From positions 69,688,001-69,752,000 of the forward strand of contig OX597833.1 in the NCBI GenBank assembly GCA_951406725.2: a stretch of 64,000 nt of DNA, given 5' to 3'. Both the position numbers and the translations under genes were made by a program. The notes under the pieces were generated by a model that saw nothing but the letters and a program-made list of their open reading frames with translations, searched no databases and was not told the origin of the DNA. This document shows, in pieces, positions 26,783-42,051 of the stretch (its first letter is position 1; the number at the start of each line of letters is the position of its first letter). Source of the stretch: Octopus vulgaris (taxonomy: Eukaryota).

Positions 26783-26941
26783 CATACATACATACATACA
26801 TATATACATACATACATACATACATACATACACACATACATACATACATACATACATACATACACACATACAGACAGTCAGAAAGATAGACAGATACATA
26901 AGTACATGCATACATAATGCATACATACATTCATACATACA

Positions 26942-26975
<34 letters not shown>

Positions 26976-27066
26976 CATACATACATACATACATACACAC
27001 ATACATACATACATACATACATACATACATACATACATACACACATACATACATACATACATACAT

Positions 27067-27101
<35 letters not shown>

Positions 27102-27115
27102 TACATACATACATA
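26490..27115. repeat. Compound (CATA)/(GACA)/(GATA) array with an internal ~185-bp duplication
   Basis: The unique spacer cagacagtcagaaagatagacagatacataagtacatgc occurs at ~26686 and 26871. Confidence 0.92.
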
Positions 27116-27867
27116 AGTATGCATTAGAAAAACTCTTCTCGGAATGTTTACTATCAGAAACATCTATCGATTATTAATCACATTTATTCCAGTCACTTCA
27201 TTGTTTTTACCATTTTTTTCATTTTTTTCTTCCTTTTTATATTCCCTTTTTTCTCTCCCACACTTATATGCGTATCATCTACGCGAGATAAATACGAAAG
27301 CCAAAGCAGTATTCTGTCATGAAAAAATCTATAATAAAATGGAATTGTAATAACTCTTCGAATAGAATATAGATATTCAACTTGAAATAGTTATGCAGAT
27401 TGAGTATTAATCATAATTTATTGAGGAAATATATGCTAATATTATCACAACATCTCAAAATGTGTCCATACAAGAATTCGCAAGAATTATTTCGTATTCA
27501 GCTTCGTTTTCTCTTCCGTAAATATATTCAGAAGTCTCTTTATCTGTTTCTATATTCGGATTTGTAAAGTGTCATGTTGTGTGTGTTTATCTGCGTGGAT
27601 CTGTTTGTGTGTGTATGTGTGTGTGTGTGTGTATTTGAATTTATATATGGATATATATATATATGTTTGTGCATGTATATATGTTTATATGTTATGTACG
27701 TCGTTAGGTGTGACTGAAGTTGTGAATGAATGCTCGGCGCATTTATCTTCTGTATCAGTCTATGCATTGATATAACTATGTAAACATACATACATACATG
27801 CATGCATACGCACAGATGCAGACACGAGCACACACACACACAAGCACCCATGTATATATATATATAT

Positions 27868-28161
27868 ATCACCGTGATCACCGTGACCGACCAGGCTATC
27901 ACATGTTGCTACACATCGCTGGTCACAATGCGTTTCGCATTGTTTAAGCCTTTAAATGACGCCACCCCGCTGGCTAAGTGAGCAGGCCAACAGAAGAAAG
28001 AGAGAGAGAAAGTTGCGGCGAAAGAGTACAGCAGGGATTGCCACCACCACCCCCTGCCGGAGCCTCGTGGTGTTTTTTAGGTGTTTTTGCTAAATAAGCA
28101 CTCACAATGCCTAGTCTAGGAATCGAAACCGTGATCCTATGACCGCGAGGCCATTGCGCCT

Positions 28162-28163
<2 letters not shown>
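27868..28163 (-). mobile_element. SINE family B
   Basis: Reverse complement of 24134-24420, with a deletion in the tRNA-like head. Confidence 0.85.
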
Positions 28164-28231
<68 letters not shown>

Positions 28232-28233
28232 AT

Positions 28234-28285
<52 letters not shown>

Positions 28286-28326
28286 ATAGAGACACAAACA
28301 GAAACCGGACAGACAGACAGACAGAC

Positions 28327-28393
<67 letters not shown>

Positions 28394-28729
28394 CAGACAG
28401 ACGCAGATATGTGCCTCTGTGTGCCTCTGTGTGCCTCTGTGTGCCTCTGTGTGTGTGTCTGTGTGTAGCCATCATGGCGCCCCATTTTCTATTTTCTGGT
28501 CGAGCCTTTAATTCATGTCATTGTCGAATTTACTGCATTTAATTCCGTTTGCAATCCCTCGTTCTCTTGCTTACCATGATGCCACCAAATGATGGCTGAC
28601 CATTTCGTCCCGTTGACTATCAGTCTTTGAAACTCTTTCATACCCTTTAAGCGTTACCTGAAATCACAGAAATAATTCTGTATTACCGTCTTAAAACAAA
28701 GCATTATCGCAGCTTCAGCATATTAATCC

Positions 28730-29139
28730 TTTCTTGTCTTGGCACAAGTCCAACAATTTTGAGGAATGGAGGAATCGATTGCATCGACTCCAGTGCTCAA
28801 CTGCTAATTATCAACATCGAAACGATGAAAAGAACTGTCAGCCTCGGCGGAATTTGAACTCAGAACGTAGAGACGCCAAACGATTTGCTCGGCGTGCTAA
28901 GGATTCTTATTTCTTTATTGCCTACAAGGGGCTAAACATAGAGGGGACAAACAAGGACAGACAAACGGATTAAGTCGATTACATCGACCCCAGTGCGTAA
29001 CTGGTACTAATTTATCGACCCCGAAAGGATGAAAGGTGAAGTCGACCTCGGCGGAATTCGAACTCAGAACGTAGCGGCAGACGAAATGCCACTAAGCATT
29101 TCGCCCGGCGTGCTAACGATTCTGCCAGCTCGCCGCCTT
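28730..29139 (-). mobile_element. Young SINE A (28904-29139) nested in an older SINE A (28730-28903)
   Basis: On the minus strand the young tail caataaagaaataagaa runs directly into tccttagcacgccgagc of the older diverged copy. Confidence 0.85.
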
Positions 29140-29437
29140 CTTGCAGTATATAAATCTAACGAGCTTCTAAGAGTATCTTTTCTGTGCAAATGTGTGTATC
29201 CATTTTATTTTGGTGTTAAGGATAAAGGCCAGCTATTACGATAGAGAGAATTAACCTGATTAATTAAACGGGCTTTTGTAATTAACTGATACTTTATTTT
29301 GACACCGGAGGAAAGATGAAAGTTCACGCCGACGATATTTGAACGCCGGGGGTAACATTTCAACACCATTTTCCCCAACACACGATGCGGACAAATCATC
29401 GCTCTGATGTTTATGTCATATAGAGAAACTAATATAT

Positions 29438-29736
29438 TTATTTCTTTATTGTCCACAGGGGGCTAAACATAGAGGGGACAAACAAAGGGGTTAAATCGAT
29501 TACCAGACGAAATACCTATTTCTTTACTACCCATAAGGGGCTAAACACAGAGGGGACAAACAAGGACAGACAAACGGATTAAGTCGATTTTATCGATCCC
29601 AGTGCGTAACTGGTACTTATTTAATCGACCCCGAAAGGGTGAAAGGCAAAGTCGACCTCGGCGGAATTTGAACTCAGAAAGTAGCGACAGACGAAATACT
29701 GCTAAACATATCGTCCGGCGTGCTAACGATTCTGCC
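29438..29736 (-). mobile_element. SINE A (29510-29736) abutting an internally deleted second copy (29438-29509)
   Basis: On the minus strand the tail aaagaaataggtatt continues into tcgtctgg and then a second tail. Confidence 0.85.
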
Positions 29737-30229
29737 GGATAAATCTATTTAGGTATTTAAGTTTATGTTTTCTGGTGTACTAGGGTTGAAAAGTATATAC
29801 CTATGACCATATTCAGGGCCCTAGATATCGGACCAACGGAGTTGAGATCACATCTACCCTCAGAGTACATGCCCTAATTTTTGTAAAAGAATCAAAACGA
29901 TACTGAACAATATAACGGCTATTTTTGAGATCTAAGATGAAAGAAGGCAAAAGTGTTAGTTCAGAAATTTGGTTTTCAGACAAGAACCGCTTAGTGATCC
30001 TAGGTTTTTATAGAACACACTAGCTTTAAGGGTCCATGATGTAAATGAAAATGGGAATTAAGGGACCACGTAAGAAGGAAACATCTTCATTACACATTCA
30101 TAGCTGCACCCATATATATATGTATGTGTTTTCGTGTGTATGCGTGTTTGTTTGCATGTATGTATACATACATACACACACAAATACACACATATATATA
30201 TATATATATATACAAACACACACACACAC

Positions 30230-30315
<86 letters not shown>

Positions 30316-31100
30316 GCATGTATGTATGTATCTATGTATGTACTATATACACACCGGTGTCTCAATTTATAAAAGAAAAAACAAAGAATTGATCATTATC
30401 GATTTGTGAAAAGCGAAACTAAAGTATAATCATCCGAAACATTTACACAGGGGGGAAAGAGAGAGAGGGAGAGAAAGAAATAGGGAGAGGAGGAGAGAAA
30501 GAGGGGGAGAGGAAGGGCAGGAGAGAGCTTGCGTTGCGGGAGAGCTTAAACGTAGATAAGATAAATAAAACAGCGATCGAAATACGGCCAGTCGACTACT
30601 TTTGTATATGATTAACTATTGGCTCTCTCTCTACTTAGTACATTTCATAGTCGGCACTACAAAGAGAGCCGAATCTACAGCTTTCAAAAGATTTAATTAT
30701 ATCAATAGAACTTTATCGTTTTTTTTTTTTTCCCTCTTCTTTCTTTTTCTCGATAAAATGTCCTACTCTAACTACATTATTGGATATTTCAACGGGAAAC
30801 AAAATACAGGCCGTGAATTAACGTCGTTTATATCGTAAAACACTTTTCCATCTCTTTCACACACTCACACACTCACTCACACAACCATTCACTCTCCCGC
30901 TCTCCCCCTCACTCTCTCTCTCTCTCTCACTCTCTCTCTCCCTCTTTCTCACCCACCGGTTTTTCTCTCTTTCTATTTTCCCCCCACTCTATTCTTCTTC
31001 CCTTTTTTCTAGATATTAATGTTATTTCATTGATATAGAGTATTGATTTGTCAAATATAGATCAATATATATATATGTATGTATATACATGCATACATAC

Positions 31101-31266
<166 letters not shown>

Positions 31267-31589
31267 GTGTGTGTGTGTACATACATCATACATATACACA
31301 CCGCATACTCATTCACACATACATACAAATACATATGCATTTGATAACTACTTGAGTTTCACGGTCGACAATTTTTCGGGAGGATATTAAATATATTCCC
31401 ATATTTACATATGAATATGTAAAGAATATACTACTACTATCTTACTCCATTTTCCGATATATATATTCATACGTGCGGTGCGTTTGGACGAATGAGTGGT
31501 GCCACGCCATTTGCGTACCACTTAGACAAGGGCTAATTACCATTAATATTGTCCTTGAAAATTCTGAATAATCCATAGATTACACTTTT

Positions 31590-31840
31590 CCTCTTTTACT
31601 TGTTTCAGTCATTTGACTGCGGCCATGCTAGAGCACCGCCTTTAGTCGAGCAAATCGACCCCGGGACTTATTCTTTGTAAGCCCAGTACTTATTCTATCG
31701 GTCTCTTATGCCGAACCACTAAGTGACGGGGGCGTAAACACACCAGCATCGGTTGTCAAGCAATGCTAGGGGGACAAACACAGACACACAAACACACACA
31801 CGCATATATATATATATATACATATATACGGCAGGCTTCT
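31590..31840 (-). mobile_element. SINE family C 3' half
   Basis: Near-identical to ~35962-36245. Confidence 0.85.
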
Positions 31841-32354
31841 ATAGGTTTACATACATATATATAAATATATATTATATATATATAAGCATATACATCCATA
31901 CACAGACACACACACACACATATGTTGTCTGTGACGTACATGTATACTTTCTTACATTTAGTTGTGTAATAATTCTGGAATGGTTTGCTGTTTACAAAAA
32001 TCATTTTCTTCATGGCCGTCTGTGATGTTGACGCATTTACGCTGTTAGGAATTTTTACAAGTAACTGATCATTAACACGATTGTTTTGTCTGTTTTACTT
32101 TTTTACTTTTTTCTTAGTCATAAATGTGAAATTTATTAAAACCACTCACATGAATATTGCGCAATTGATTTTGTCTTTATAAACAATATCTTCACACTTA
32201 TTGTTTTGATGTCTTATTTAGTTTTCTTTCTTTTTATTTCGAGTCACTCTTATCTTTATGTTTATTTCCATTCTTTTTCTGTTGTTGTTGTTGTTGTTGT
32301 CATTGTTTTTATATTTTTCTTCTTTTCATGTACGACATTCGCCGCACGAATTTG

Positions 32355-32408
<54 letters not shown>

Positions 32409-32669
32409 ATGTATATATGTATGTATTTATATATATATGTATGCATATGCATATATTTATGTATGTATATATATATGTATTTATGTATGTATGTATATAT
32501 ATATATGTATATATATGTCTGTCTTTATGCATGTATATATGTATGTATATATATGTGTATGTATGTATACATATGTGTATATGTATATAAGTATATGAAT
32601 ATATATACATATGTATACGCATTTATATATATATATATACATATGTATATGTATCCATGTATGCATGCA

Positions 32670-32746
<77 letters not shown>

Positions 32747-32814
32747 AAAATCTGTTTCTCTCTCTCTCGCTCTTTCTCACGCATATACGCATATACACAC
32801 ACACACACACTAAT

Positions 32815-32863
<49 letters not shown>

Positions 32864-33510
32864 TATTTATTTTTCTCTTTCTATTTCCATCTCCTATCTC
32901 TTTCATACTTCTTCATTTCCAATTACAGATCCGTCACTTTCATTCCAATTTTCCCGTCCTAGTCTCTCGCTTATATTGCCTAGTGTTTCTTCTGCATCAT
33001 TTACCCCTTTGTCTATATTAACCCTATTCTCTCTACTCTCCTTTTTCTTTCTGTCCATCTTTCTTTCTATCTCTTTTTTTTTCTGCCACACGTCTGCATT
33101 TCTCCATATCTCATTTGTTTCAATCTTCTTGCTTTCTATTTCCTCTGTTTACCATGTTATCCATGTTATTTAGTCCCTCTTTATCTTCTGACAGCCCAGA
33201 CTTTGGAAACTTAACACATGAGATTATATTCACCGCAATTCATTAATGTATCACCATTGTCTCTGAAATACTTTAAGCATATCATTCACTGACTATCACT
33301 CTGTATATCATATGTACATGGATTAAACACACACTTACACACACAAATATTGATATATATAATAACATGTTTATATATATATACATAAGCTTATCGACTG
33401 CAAAGCTCTACACTGGAAGATTGTATGGTTTTAATATATTGAGCCTTCTGGCCTGTTCTGGAGGCCAAGTTCTTCCCTCTTCCCTTCGATTATTTTATTT
33501 CACACATTTT

Positions 33511-33630
33511 TATTCACTCTGCTGAAGCTCCATCGTCTTGTTCGAATGTCCTATGGAGATGACGAATATTTTCGAAATTCTTTCGTGGCCACTGACTGGT
33601 TTTGGAAGCGGAAACCGCCGTAAGAAATAT
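33511..33630 (+). ncRNA. Degenerate type I hammerhead-like motif with a long stem II insert
   Basis: CTGCTGA (A6>C) at 33519, a-gctcc...ggaagc-g GAAA ccgccg TA; imperfect stem I tattcact/agaaata. Confidence 0.35.
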
Positions 33631-34339
33631 TATGTCACGTTTTGTAGTAATAAACTGGAGGGTATATCAGCCGAAACGTTGTGTTAACAACAAACAAGAT
33701 GAGGACAAATATCCGTCAAATGTAAATAATGTAATCAACCTTATATTCTCTCATCCTAACATTCTTTCACGTGAAATTCATATTTGTTTTTTTTCCACAG
33801 AATCCTCTCCACTTGAAGTTGCTCGTACATTCACTAAAAACATCACGTGACCTCTATCTTCACTGAGTGTCTATCGGCCCGTACTGGGATTTCAAGGATG
33901 ATATGTAAACATAACAAAGTTTGTAAACACACCCAGGCACAGACACACGCACACACACACTCACGCAAACATGTATTCAAAAACAAGCACACACTCACAA
34001 ACACATATATGTACCTGTTCACACACACACACGTAAACAGATGTATATAAACGTATTTGCGTAATTATTTCGCTTTGCTTACATCAATGTGTCTGCAAGT
34101 CTTCAGCTTTTTTTATTTTTTCCAATATTTACGTATCTTTCTCTGCATCGCAGTATGTGTTCAATTCTGTGAGAGATAAAAAATGTAAAAATAATGATAA
34201 GTGATTATGTGATATCGCAAGTAAATGAAATAATATTCAGTGGTGAAAAGTGTTCAGAAAATAAAGATTATTTAAGAACTGGATGTAAAATCATGTAATG
34301 TGATAGAAAACAACATGAGGGGGAAATAGAAATAGAAAT

Positions 34340-34341
34340 AG

Positions 34342-34428
<87 letters not shown>

Positions 34429-34433
34429 CAGAC

Positions 34434-34510
<77 letters not shown>

Positions 34511-34771
34511 TAGAGAGAGACAGATAGGCAGACGGACGGACTTTCGGAGAGAGACAATCAAACAGAAAATCAAAGAACAGACTAAAAGACAGGAAGAAAG
34601 ATAGACAGAGAGACAGACAGACAGCTGGATGGACAGACGGACGGACGGGCGAATGGACGGACGGAGGGACGGAGGCACGGATGGACGGATGGACGGATGG
34701 ACGGACGGAGGGATTTTTGAAGAGAGACAGACAGAAAGCCGACGAACAGAAAGACAGACAGACAGACAGAC

Positions 34772-34846
<75 letters not shown>

Positions 34847-34900
34847 CCTACAGACAGAGAGAGTCAGACAGAAGGCAGATAGATAGACAGAGAGAGACGT
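34340..34900. repeat. Compound (GATA)/(GACA)/(GGAC) array
   Basis: Directly visible. Confidence 0.93.
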
Positions 34901-35230
34901 GAGAATGAGTTAATCATATAATTATTACCAGATTAGCTATAAGAGATATTTTGCAAACAAAAGTTTAGATAGAAAGAAGAGAGAAATATAGAAAGTAACA
35001 GGTATGTTACAGAAATGATAGTAATAAATACTGGTATCGCATAACCCTATACTACCTGTTACATGCTCGGGTGCCGGGTGTAGATTGGCCAGCGGCTAAA
35101 CCGGGCCCTCCACCTCGTTTACCGGGTGATGAGGGTGTTGTGTACAGTCTGGAGGACTAAATCGAGTTTTATTAAAGGATGAATTCAGCTCACTATGAGC
35201 CAACAGTCATCTTCACGTATATAAGAATAC

Positions 35231-35282
<52 letters not shown>

Positions 35283-35317
35283 GTACACACGCACACACCA
35301 CACATACACACACACAC

Positions 35318-35358
<41 letters not shown>

Positions 35359-35382
35359 AGAGAGAGATATACACATGTCCTG

Positions 35383-35480
35383 TGAGGGCACAATGGCCCA
35401 GTGGTTAGGGCAGTCGACTTGCGGTCGCAGGATCGCGGTTTCGATTCCCAGACTGGGCGTTGTGAGTGCTTATGGAGCGG
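35383..35480 (+). mobile_element. SINE family B head fragment
   Basis: caatggcccagtggttagggcag...ggtttcgattcccagactgggcgttgtgagtg. Confidence 0.8.
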
Positions 35481-35575
35481 GTCTTTTTATTCTTCAAAGT
35501 TTGGTTCGAATGTTCTAAGTGCCGACAGTAGACTTGAGCATTGATTGTTGCATTAGGTGGTAACAATTCAACTTT
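35481..35575 (-). pseudogene. Mariner transposase fragment
   Basis: ELLPPNATINAQVYCRHLEHSNQTLKNK matches the mariner motif ELLP.G.TIN...YC.QL..L...L..KR between the first two catalytic Asp residues. Confidence 0.75.
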
Positions 35576-35579
35576 ACAA

Positions 35580-35938
35580 TTACTCCTTTCCCGTCTACCA
35601 AATCCACTCACAAGGCGCGAGGCTATACTAAAAGACACTTATCCAAGATGCCACGCAATGGAACTAAACCCAGAACCATGCGTTTGGTGAGCAAGGTCAG
35701 AAACGTTAGCACGCCGGGCGAAATGCTTAGCGGTATTTCGTCTGCCGCTACGTTCTGAGTTCAAATTCCGCCGAGGTCGACTTTGCCTTTCATCCTTTCG
35801 GGGTCGATTAAATTAAGTACCAGTTACGCACTGGGGTCGATATAATCGGCTTAATCTGTTTCTCTGTCCTTGTTTATCCACTCTGTGTTTAGCCCCTTGT
35901 GGGTAGTAAAGAAATAGGTACTAACCACACAGCCACTC
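35580..35938 (-). mobile_element. SINE family C head, interrupted by SINE A at 35698-35920
   Basis: ccgtctaccaaatccactcacaagg...gagcaaggt | insert | ctaaccacacagccactc. Confidence 0.8.
35698..35920 (+). mobile_element. SINE family A, slightly 5'-truncated
   Basis: cagaaacgttagcacgccgggcg...aaagaaataggta, matching 5711-5934. Confidence 0.9.
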
Positions 35939-35961
35939 TTATATGTGTATATATATATATT

Positions 35962-36395
35962 GTTTTTTTACTTGTTTCAGTCATTTGACTGCGGCCATGC
36001 TGGAGCACCGCCTTTAATCGAGCAACTCGACCCCGGGCCTTATTCTTTTTGTAAGCCCAGTACTTATTCTATCGGTCTCTTTTTGCCGAACCGCTAAGTA
36101 ACGGGGACATAAACACACCAGCATCGGTTGTCAAGCAATGCTAGTGGAACAAACACAGACACACAAACATATACACACACATACATACATATATATATAT
36201 ATATATTATATATATATATATATATACATATATACGACAGGCTTCTTTCAGTTGCCGTCTACCAAATCCACTCACAAGACATTGGTCGGCCCGGGGCTAT
36301 AGCAGAAGACACTTGCCCAAGATGCCACGCAGTGGGACTGAACCCGGAACCATGTGGTTGGTAAGCAAGCTACTTACCACAAAGCCACTCCTGCG

Positions 36396-36398
<3 letters not shown>
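35962..36398 (-). mobile_element. SINE family C, full length
   Basis: Reverse complement of the 25063 copy; ends aaagccactcctgcgcct; flanked by (TA)n. Confidence 0.9.
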
Positions 36399-36434
<36 letters not shown>

Positions 36435-36453
36435 ATGGATGGATGGATGTGTG

Positions 36454-36507
<54 letters not shown>

Positions 36508-37322
36508 CACATATGTACACACACAATATAGCCATGCGTGTGTGTTTGTGCTTCTTTTTGTCTGTGCTTATCAATTTATAGGTGAATGTAATTCTTCCGT
36601 CGTTCATATTCCTATCTCTTTTGTAAATCTGTGGAAATGCTATTTACTCTTCAATTTACGACCGTTAATATTCAACTAAAAGCCTATTTAAGGTAAGATT
36701 GACTCTACGGTGTTTTCTTCCACTCCCCCTTCTCCCTAGATAAATATGTGTGCGAGTACTTCTACAGGTATACATACATCGTACGTATATCTGGACTTAG
36801 ACATACATACATATATATGTTTGTGTGTGTGTGTGTGTGCGTGTATATGTGTGTGTGTGAGACAGAGAGAGAGAGAGAGATAGAAGGAGGCACAGTGTGA
36901 CGGCCAGACACACAGGTACACAAGCTGGAAGGCAGACAGGTTGAGTAGAATATCTATTTTTATGCATTTTTATGTAGCTGCAAACGCAAACTTTTTTGAA
37001 CATGCGGATGTTCACATACATACATACATGCACATATAATCACATACATACATGCATACATGCATACATACATACATGCATGCATACATACATACTTACA
37101 TGCACATATAATTACATACATACATATATACATGCATGTATATACATAAAATTACATACAAGCATATATAAAAATATATATGTATAGGTGTTCTTGTGTG
37201 TGTCTGTGAGTTCGTGTGTTTTTGCGTGTGTATGTATTTCTACTTATACATACATATATATATGTGTGTGTGTGAGTGTATGTGTGTGTATAAATATATA
37301 CATGTGCATACATATAAAAGCA

Positions 37323-37362
<40 letters not shown>

Positions 37363-37411
37363 TGCATCAGTGTATGTTTGTATGTATATAGTTATACACA
37401 CACACACACAC

Positions 37412-37473
<62 letters not shown>

Positions 37474-37709
37474 TATTATATTATATATTATATTATATAT
37501 ACATATATGCGTCTATTGAAACTGCTTGATTTAACGATAAGGAATCTGAATTTGTTGGTTACTGTGTCTCTCGAAGAGTCTAGTTTGAATTTTAAAATGA
37601 TACCTAAGTGTCAGAATATTCAGTGCAAACCTCCATGTTGTTCTTCCAATGAATAACATACATAAATCTGTGAATGGGAATGTATGTATGCGAGCATATA
37701 TATAAATGC

Positions 37710-37768
<59 letters not shown>

Positions 37769-37776
37769 TATACATA

Positions 37777-37846
<70 letters not shown>

Positions 37847-37857
37847 TATTGATTTAT

Positions 37858-38045
37858 TATTTTATCCTTTTCCTTGTTTCAGTCATTTTGACTGCGACGA
37901 TGCTGGGGCACCGCCATGTAATCTGAGTACTTAGTCTATCGTTTCTCTTTTGCTGTAACGCTAAGTTACTACGACGTAATCATGACAACATGGGTTAGGG
38001 TTAGGGTTGTCAAGCGATGGTGGAAGATAAACAGACACACAAATA
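37858..38045 (-). mobile_element. SINE family C 3' fragment containing a TTAGGG insertion
   Basis: cttgtttcagtcattttgactgcgacgatgctggggcaccgcc...gttgtcaagcgatgg. Confidence 0.7.
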
Positions 38046-38058
38046 TATACACACACAC

Positions 38059-38123
<65 letters not shown>

Positions 38124-39168
38124 CAAATAGAGAGATAGATAGATAGATAGATAGATATATGGTCATAAATGTACATTTCTATGCATACATACGTGCATGC
38201 ATACATGCATGCATACATACATACATACATACATACATACATACATACATACATACATACATACATACGTGTATATTGCCAATACTCTGAGCTTCTCGTG
38301 TTTACCATTTCAGCCGATAATCCATCCAAGTTTTTCCCTCATGATGTCTGAAACTAAAATATATTTTGAAGCAACTTAACAAAAAGCTATCAAAGAAACG
38401 CTTACTTCATGATTTTCTTCCTTAAATGTCATACGAGTGATTTTTTGAAATGGCGGTTTTTTGAAATGTCCTGTTCTTTTCGTTTTTTTAATTTGTATTT
38501 CATTTGTAAATATCTTGGCAAATTTAATCGTCACCTATTGTTTGTTAACATAACGTTTTGTTTTTTTTTTAGTCCGAAACAATGCCAGTTACTTCAAAAG
38601 ATGTCCTCTTTTGTTTATTTTTGAAAGCATCTTTTTTCTAAGCATCTTGTTGAAGACACTTTTGAAAACACTTTGAAATGTTTTTCGCCCAATTTCTTAA
38701 GGAGCCTGACATTTAAATAATTAGTGGTATCCGCGTGTGTAATTAACAATCCAGTTCTTTTGTTTAAACTATTGCTACCATCAAACAAATTTCTTATTTA
38801 TTCTTAAGTTACGCTACATTTCTTACTTGAATTCGCCGTTCTTCAATCGAAGAGGCTGCTTGAAATTTGTGTGGCCTTACCTAAGAATCGATGAAGGTAG
38901 TAGTCAATCAGTTAGAGTTGGTCATGTCTGAATATCAAATATCTTGAAGCAATCACCAATTCATCAACAGGAAATGCTATGGGATTATAGTATCCATCTG
39001 TAATTGTATCCGTTAATCTTTTACTTGTGTCGGTCATTAGACTGTTTTAGTTTATGTGTTGTTTTTGGTCCAATCTCATATCTCATGAAGATTTACGAGT
39101 TTCGGGTGTAGACATTTAAGTGTGGCGAGGCAGGGAGACTCGAGGCTGAACAGAGTAAGCTTGTGTGT

Positions 39169-39201
<33 letters not shown>

Positions 39202-39347
39202 TGAGCATCAGTGTACGTACGGTATTTTCTGTTGTCCCAAATTAAAATTATCAAAATTATCAATAAATACCATCTCAAAAGCTTCAAACAAGATAAACGT
39301 CCGGAAAACATTTAATAGATATGCATTTTCGTTCCTACAATATACAA

Positions 39348-39465
<118 letters not shown>

Positions 39466-39662
39466 TGTGTGTATAATATATATATATACATATATATATA
39501 TATGTCTATATATGTATATATATACTTAATAAATTATATTAAGTATATTAAGTATTTTATTAAGTATTACGTAAGTTTACCATGAAATGTTCCTTTTTTC
39601 ATGCCGAATTCTACTTGATGAAATTATTGATTACTTCTTAATTAATTAATTTTACCCTTTGT

Positions 39663-39780
<118 letters not shown>

Positions 39781-41038
39781 ATGTATGTATGTATGTGTGT
39801 ATTAATATATGGATATACACCTTCATGAAAACAAGTTTCATAAAATCTCGCATTCAGTCGTTTAGTGTAACCTAGAAAAAAAAAATACTATTAAATATCC
39901 GGTACGAGAGAAATGCCATGTTGCTCGGCCTGCGCTATTTAAAGAAATCGTTTAATATGAAAAGAAAATGTACGGTGTTTTGACGTCCGTTGCAAACTTT
40001 CTGTTTTGATCAATACATTGTGCGCAACAAAGCAAGTAACTTCAGGCTTCATCGAAGATTTGATTTGTTGAATTTCTACATAAATGATTTATAAATCATG
40101 TACACTCAAATCAGTTACATGAAATTTATATGAATATCTTTCATGTAATCACGATGCATTGTATTTGAATTCTATAGCGTTATGGTTGCTTTTCATTTTT
40201 AAGAAAGGCAGAGACATACAAAAACAAAAACGGCAAGGATTAACTACATTGTTTAAAGTTTCAAGTTCCGGGTCAGTAACGTAATAAATATAGGCACGGA
40301 CATGCGCCTGTTCAAGATAAAATATAAAGAGACAGAAATTATATATTGGATTAAATATTGGGACATTGAATTAATGGTTAACGATTAATAGTGAGGCTTA
40401 AGACAGTATTTAGAAAATAAAGAAATAACTATAAATATCATACAACATTTTGTACTCACACATGCATATATCTATCTGGCGAGCTTGCTACTCATCTATC
40501 GACTTCTCTAAATATACATACATGCATATATTAGAAATGCAATGCTTCCCAAATAAATTGGACTTCATATTCGAGGCTTTGATGGAGCTATAAAGCGTTA
40601 TTCAGAGCCTCAACTATGAGTCCACAATACCTTGCAGCAGATACAACTGTAAGCCAATGAAGAGCATAAGAATATCATTTATTCCTTTGTCATCTTTTCT
40701 TCTCATATATATGTGTGTGTGAGTGTGTATGTGTGTATGTGTGTGTGTGCGTGTATGAAATTAATCAGAATGAGATGAAAAAATCCAAGGCTATCAAAGA
40801 TTTCAGAACATTTATAAAAAGAATGCCTTACAGCTGTTTCCGGGATCTTTTTATATATCCTTTCAAAAGCGACGGTGCGAGAAAATGGTTAAGCATACAG
40901 AGTAAAGTGGAGGAAGGAAAACAGAAATGAGATACGTAAGGATATTGTATCTGTAGTTCAATTATTTGAACAGAATGGTGTATATACTCAGCATTACCTG
41001 ACAACTTTGGGTCGTCTTCACGCCATTATCTCTCATAA

Positions 41039-41092
<54 letters not shown>

Positions 41093-41235
41093 ATATATAT
41101 TATATATATATATCTTATTATATTTCGGAATGGTCATTTTGCCAATTTAGCCAATAAAAACACGCGCGCTATATATTTGGTGTTATTTTGCTTCAGTGTT
41201 ATTTATTTTTTACATTAATCTTACTCTTATTTCAC

Positions 41236-41275
41236 CCAGAGTTCTTTCGTCACACTCCTGTGACCGCATCAGTGG
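41236..41275 (-). ncRNA. Minimal hammerhead-like motif (variant core) within a Penelope-type repeat (~41117-41400)
   Basis: Minus strand: cca CTGATGC g GTCACA ggag TGTGAC GAAA g aa c TC tgg; perfect 6-bp stem II and 3-bp stem I. The host repeat start recurs at ~46591-46631. Confidence 0.5.
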
Positions 41276-41399
41276 TCCTTTGTTTTCTTCTTTCTTATTT
41301 GTGTCTCTCCTTACTAACCGTCAGCCATTTTCTATTTCTATTGTATGTCTTCTTTTGCGCATGCTTATATCCTTTTAGTGGAACCCCCTGTACGGATAA

Positions 41400-41449
<50 letters not shown>

Positions 41450-42006
41450 TGTACGTTATGAATGTGCGTATATATGTACGTATTCTTCTCTTTCTGTCTC
41501 TATGTATGAATATATGTATTATTTATTCATGTATACTTCTATACATCGTCTGGTGCAATGTTCCAAGACGTGAGGGTATTGATTGATCGATTGAAATGTA
41601 AACAAAATAACGATTTCTGATTAGACAAGCACTGATGGAGCGGAAACTCTAATCTACATCGATCCCTGCTGTACTGCCTTTGGTTTTGCAAACAAACACT
41701 ACATCTCTGATTACATTAGCCAACGTGTCCCTCGTACTTCAATAATTCTGTTTGTTTTTCGGGGGTTACGAAACTTGAAATGTTTACCTAACACCCGATC
41801 GATTCATCTAATACACAACATGTCATTTATGTTTAGTCAAAGGACATGCTGGAGCATGCGTTTTCACGTTTAAAAAACATTCCGGTTGTAAACATGTCTT
41901 TCGGCTTTCAATAGCATGTTTGCCTAGGGCTGCATAATCGCAAGCCTTTTCGTTAAGACACTGGGACGTATTTCAAGTACATTCGGGAGTCATGTAGTAG
42001 TAGTAT

Positions 42007-42051
<45 letters not shown>

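Noticed and set aside
30450-31010. GA-rich tract followed by a CT-rich tract as an inverted repeat or promoter
   Set aside because: The complementarity is only low-complexity, and such tracts are common throughout the window.
38360-39010. Possible decayed mariner transposase on the minus strand
   Set aside because: Only faint motif hints (GRP-like, GDD-like), too degraded to support without an alignment.
41630-41652. ctgatggagcggaaac, and the similar minus-strand ctgacgagcggaaa near 11288-11300
   Set aside because: There is no room for stem II and no stem I, so these are at most deleted remnants.
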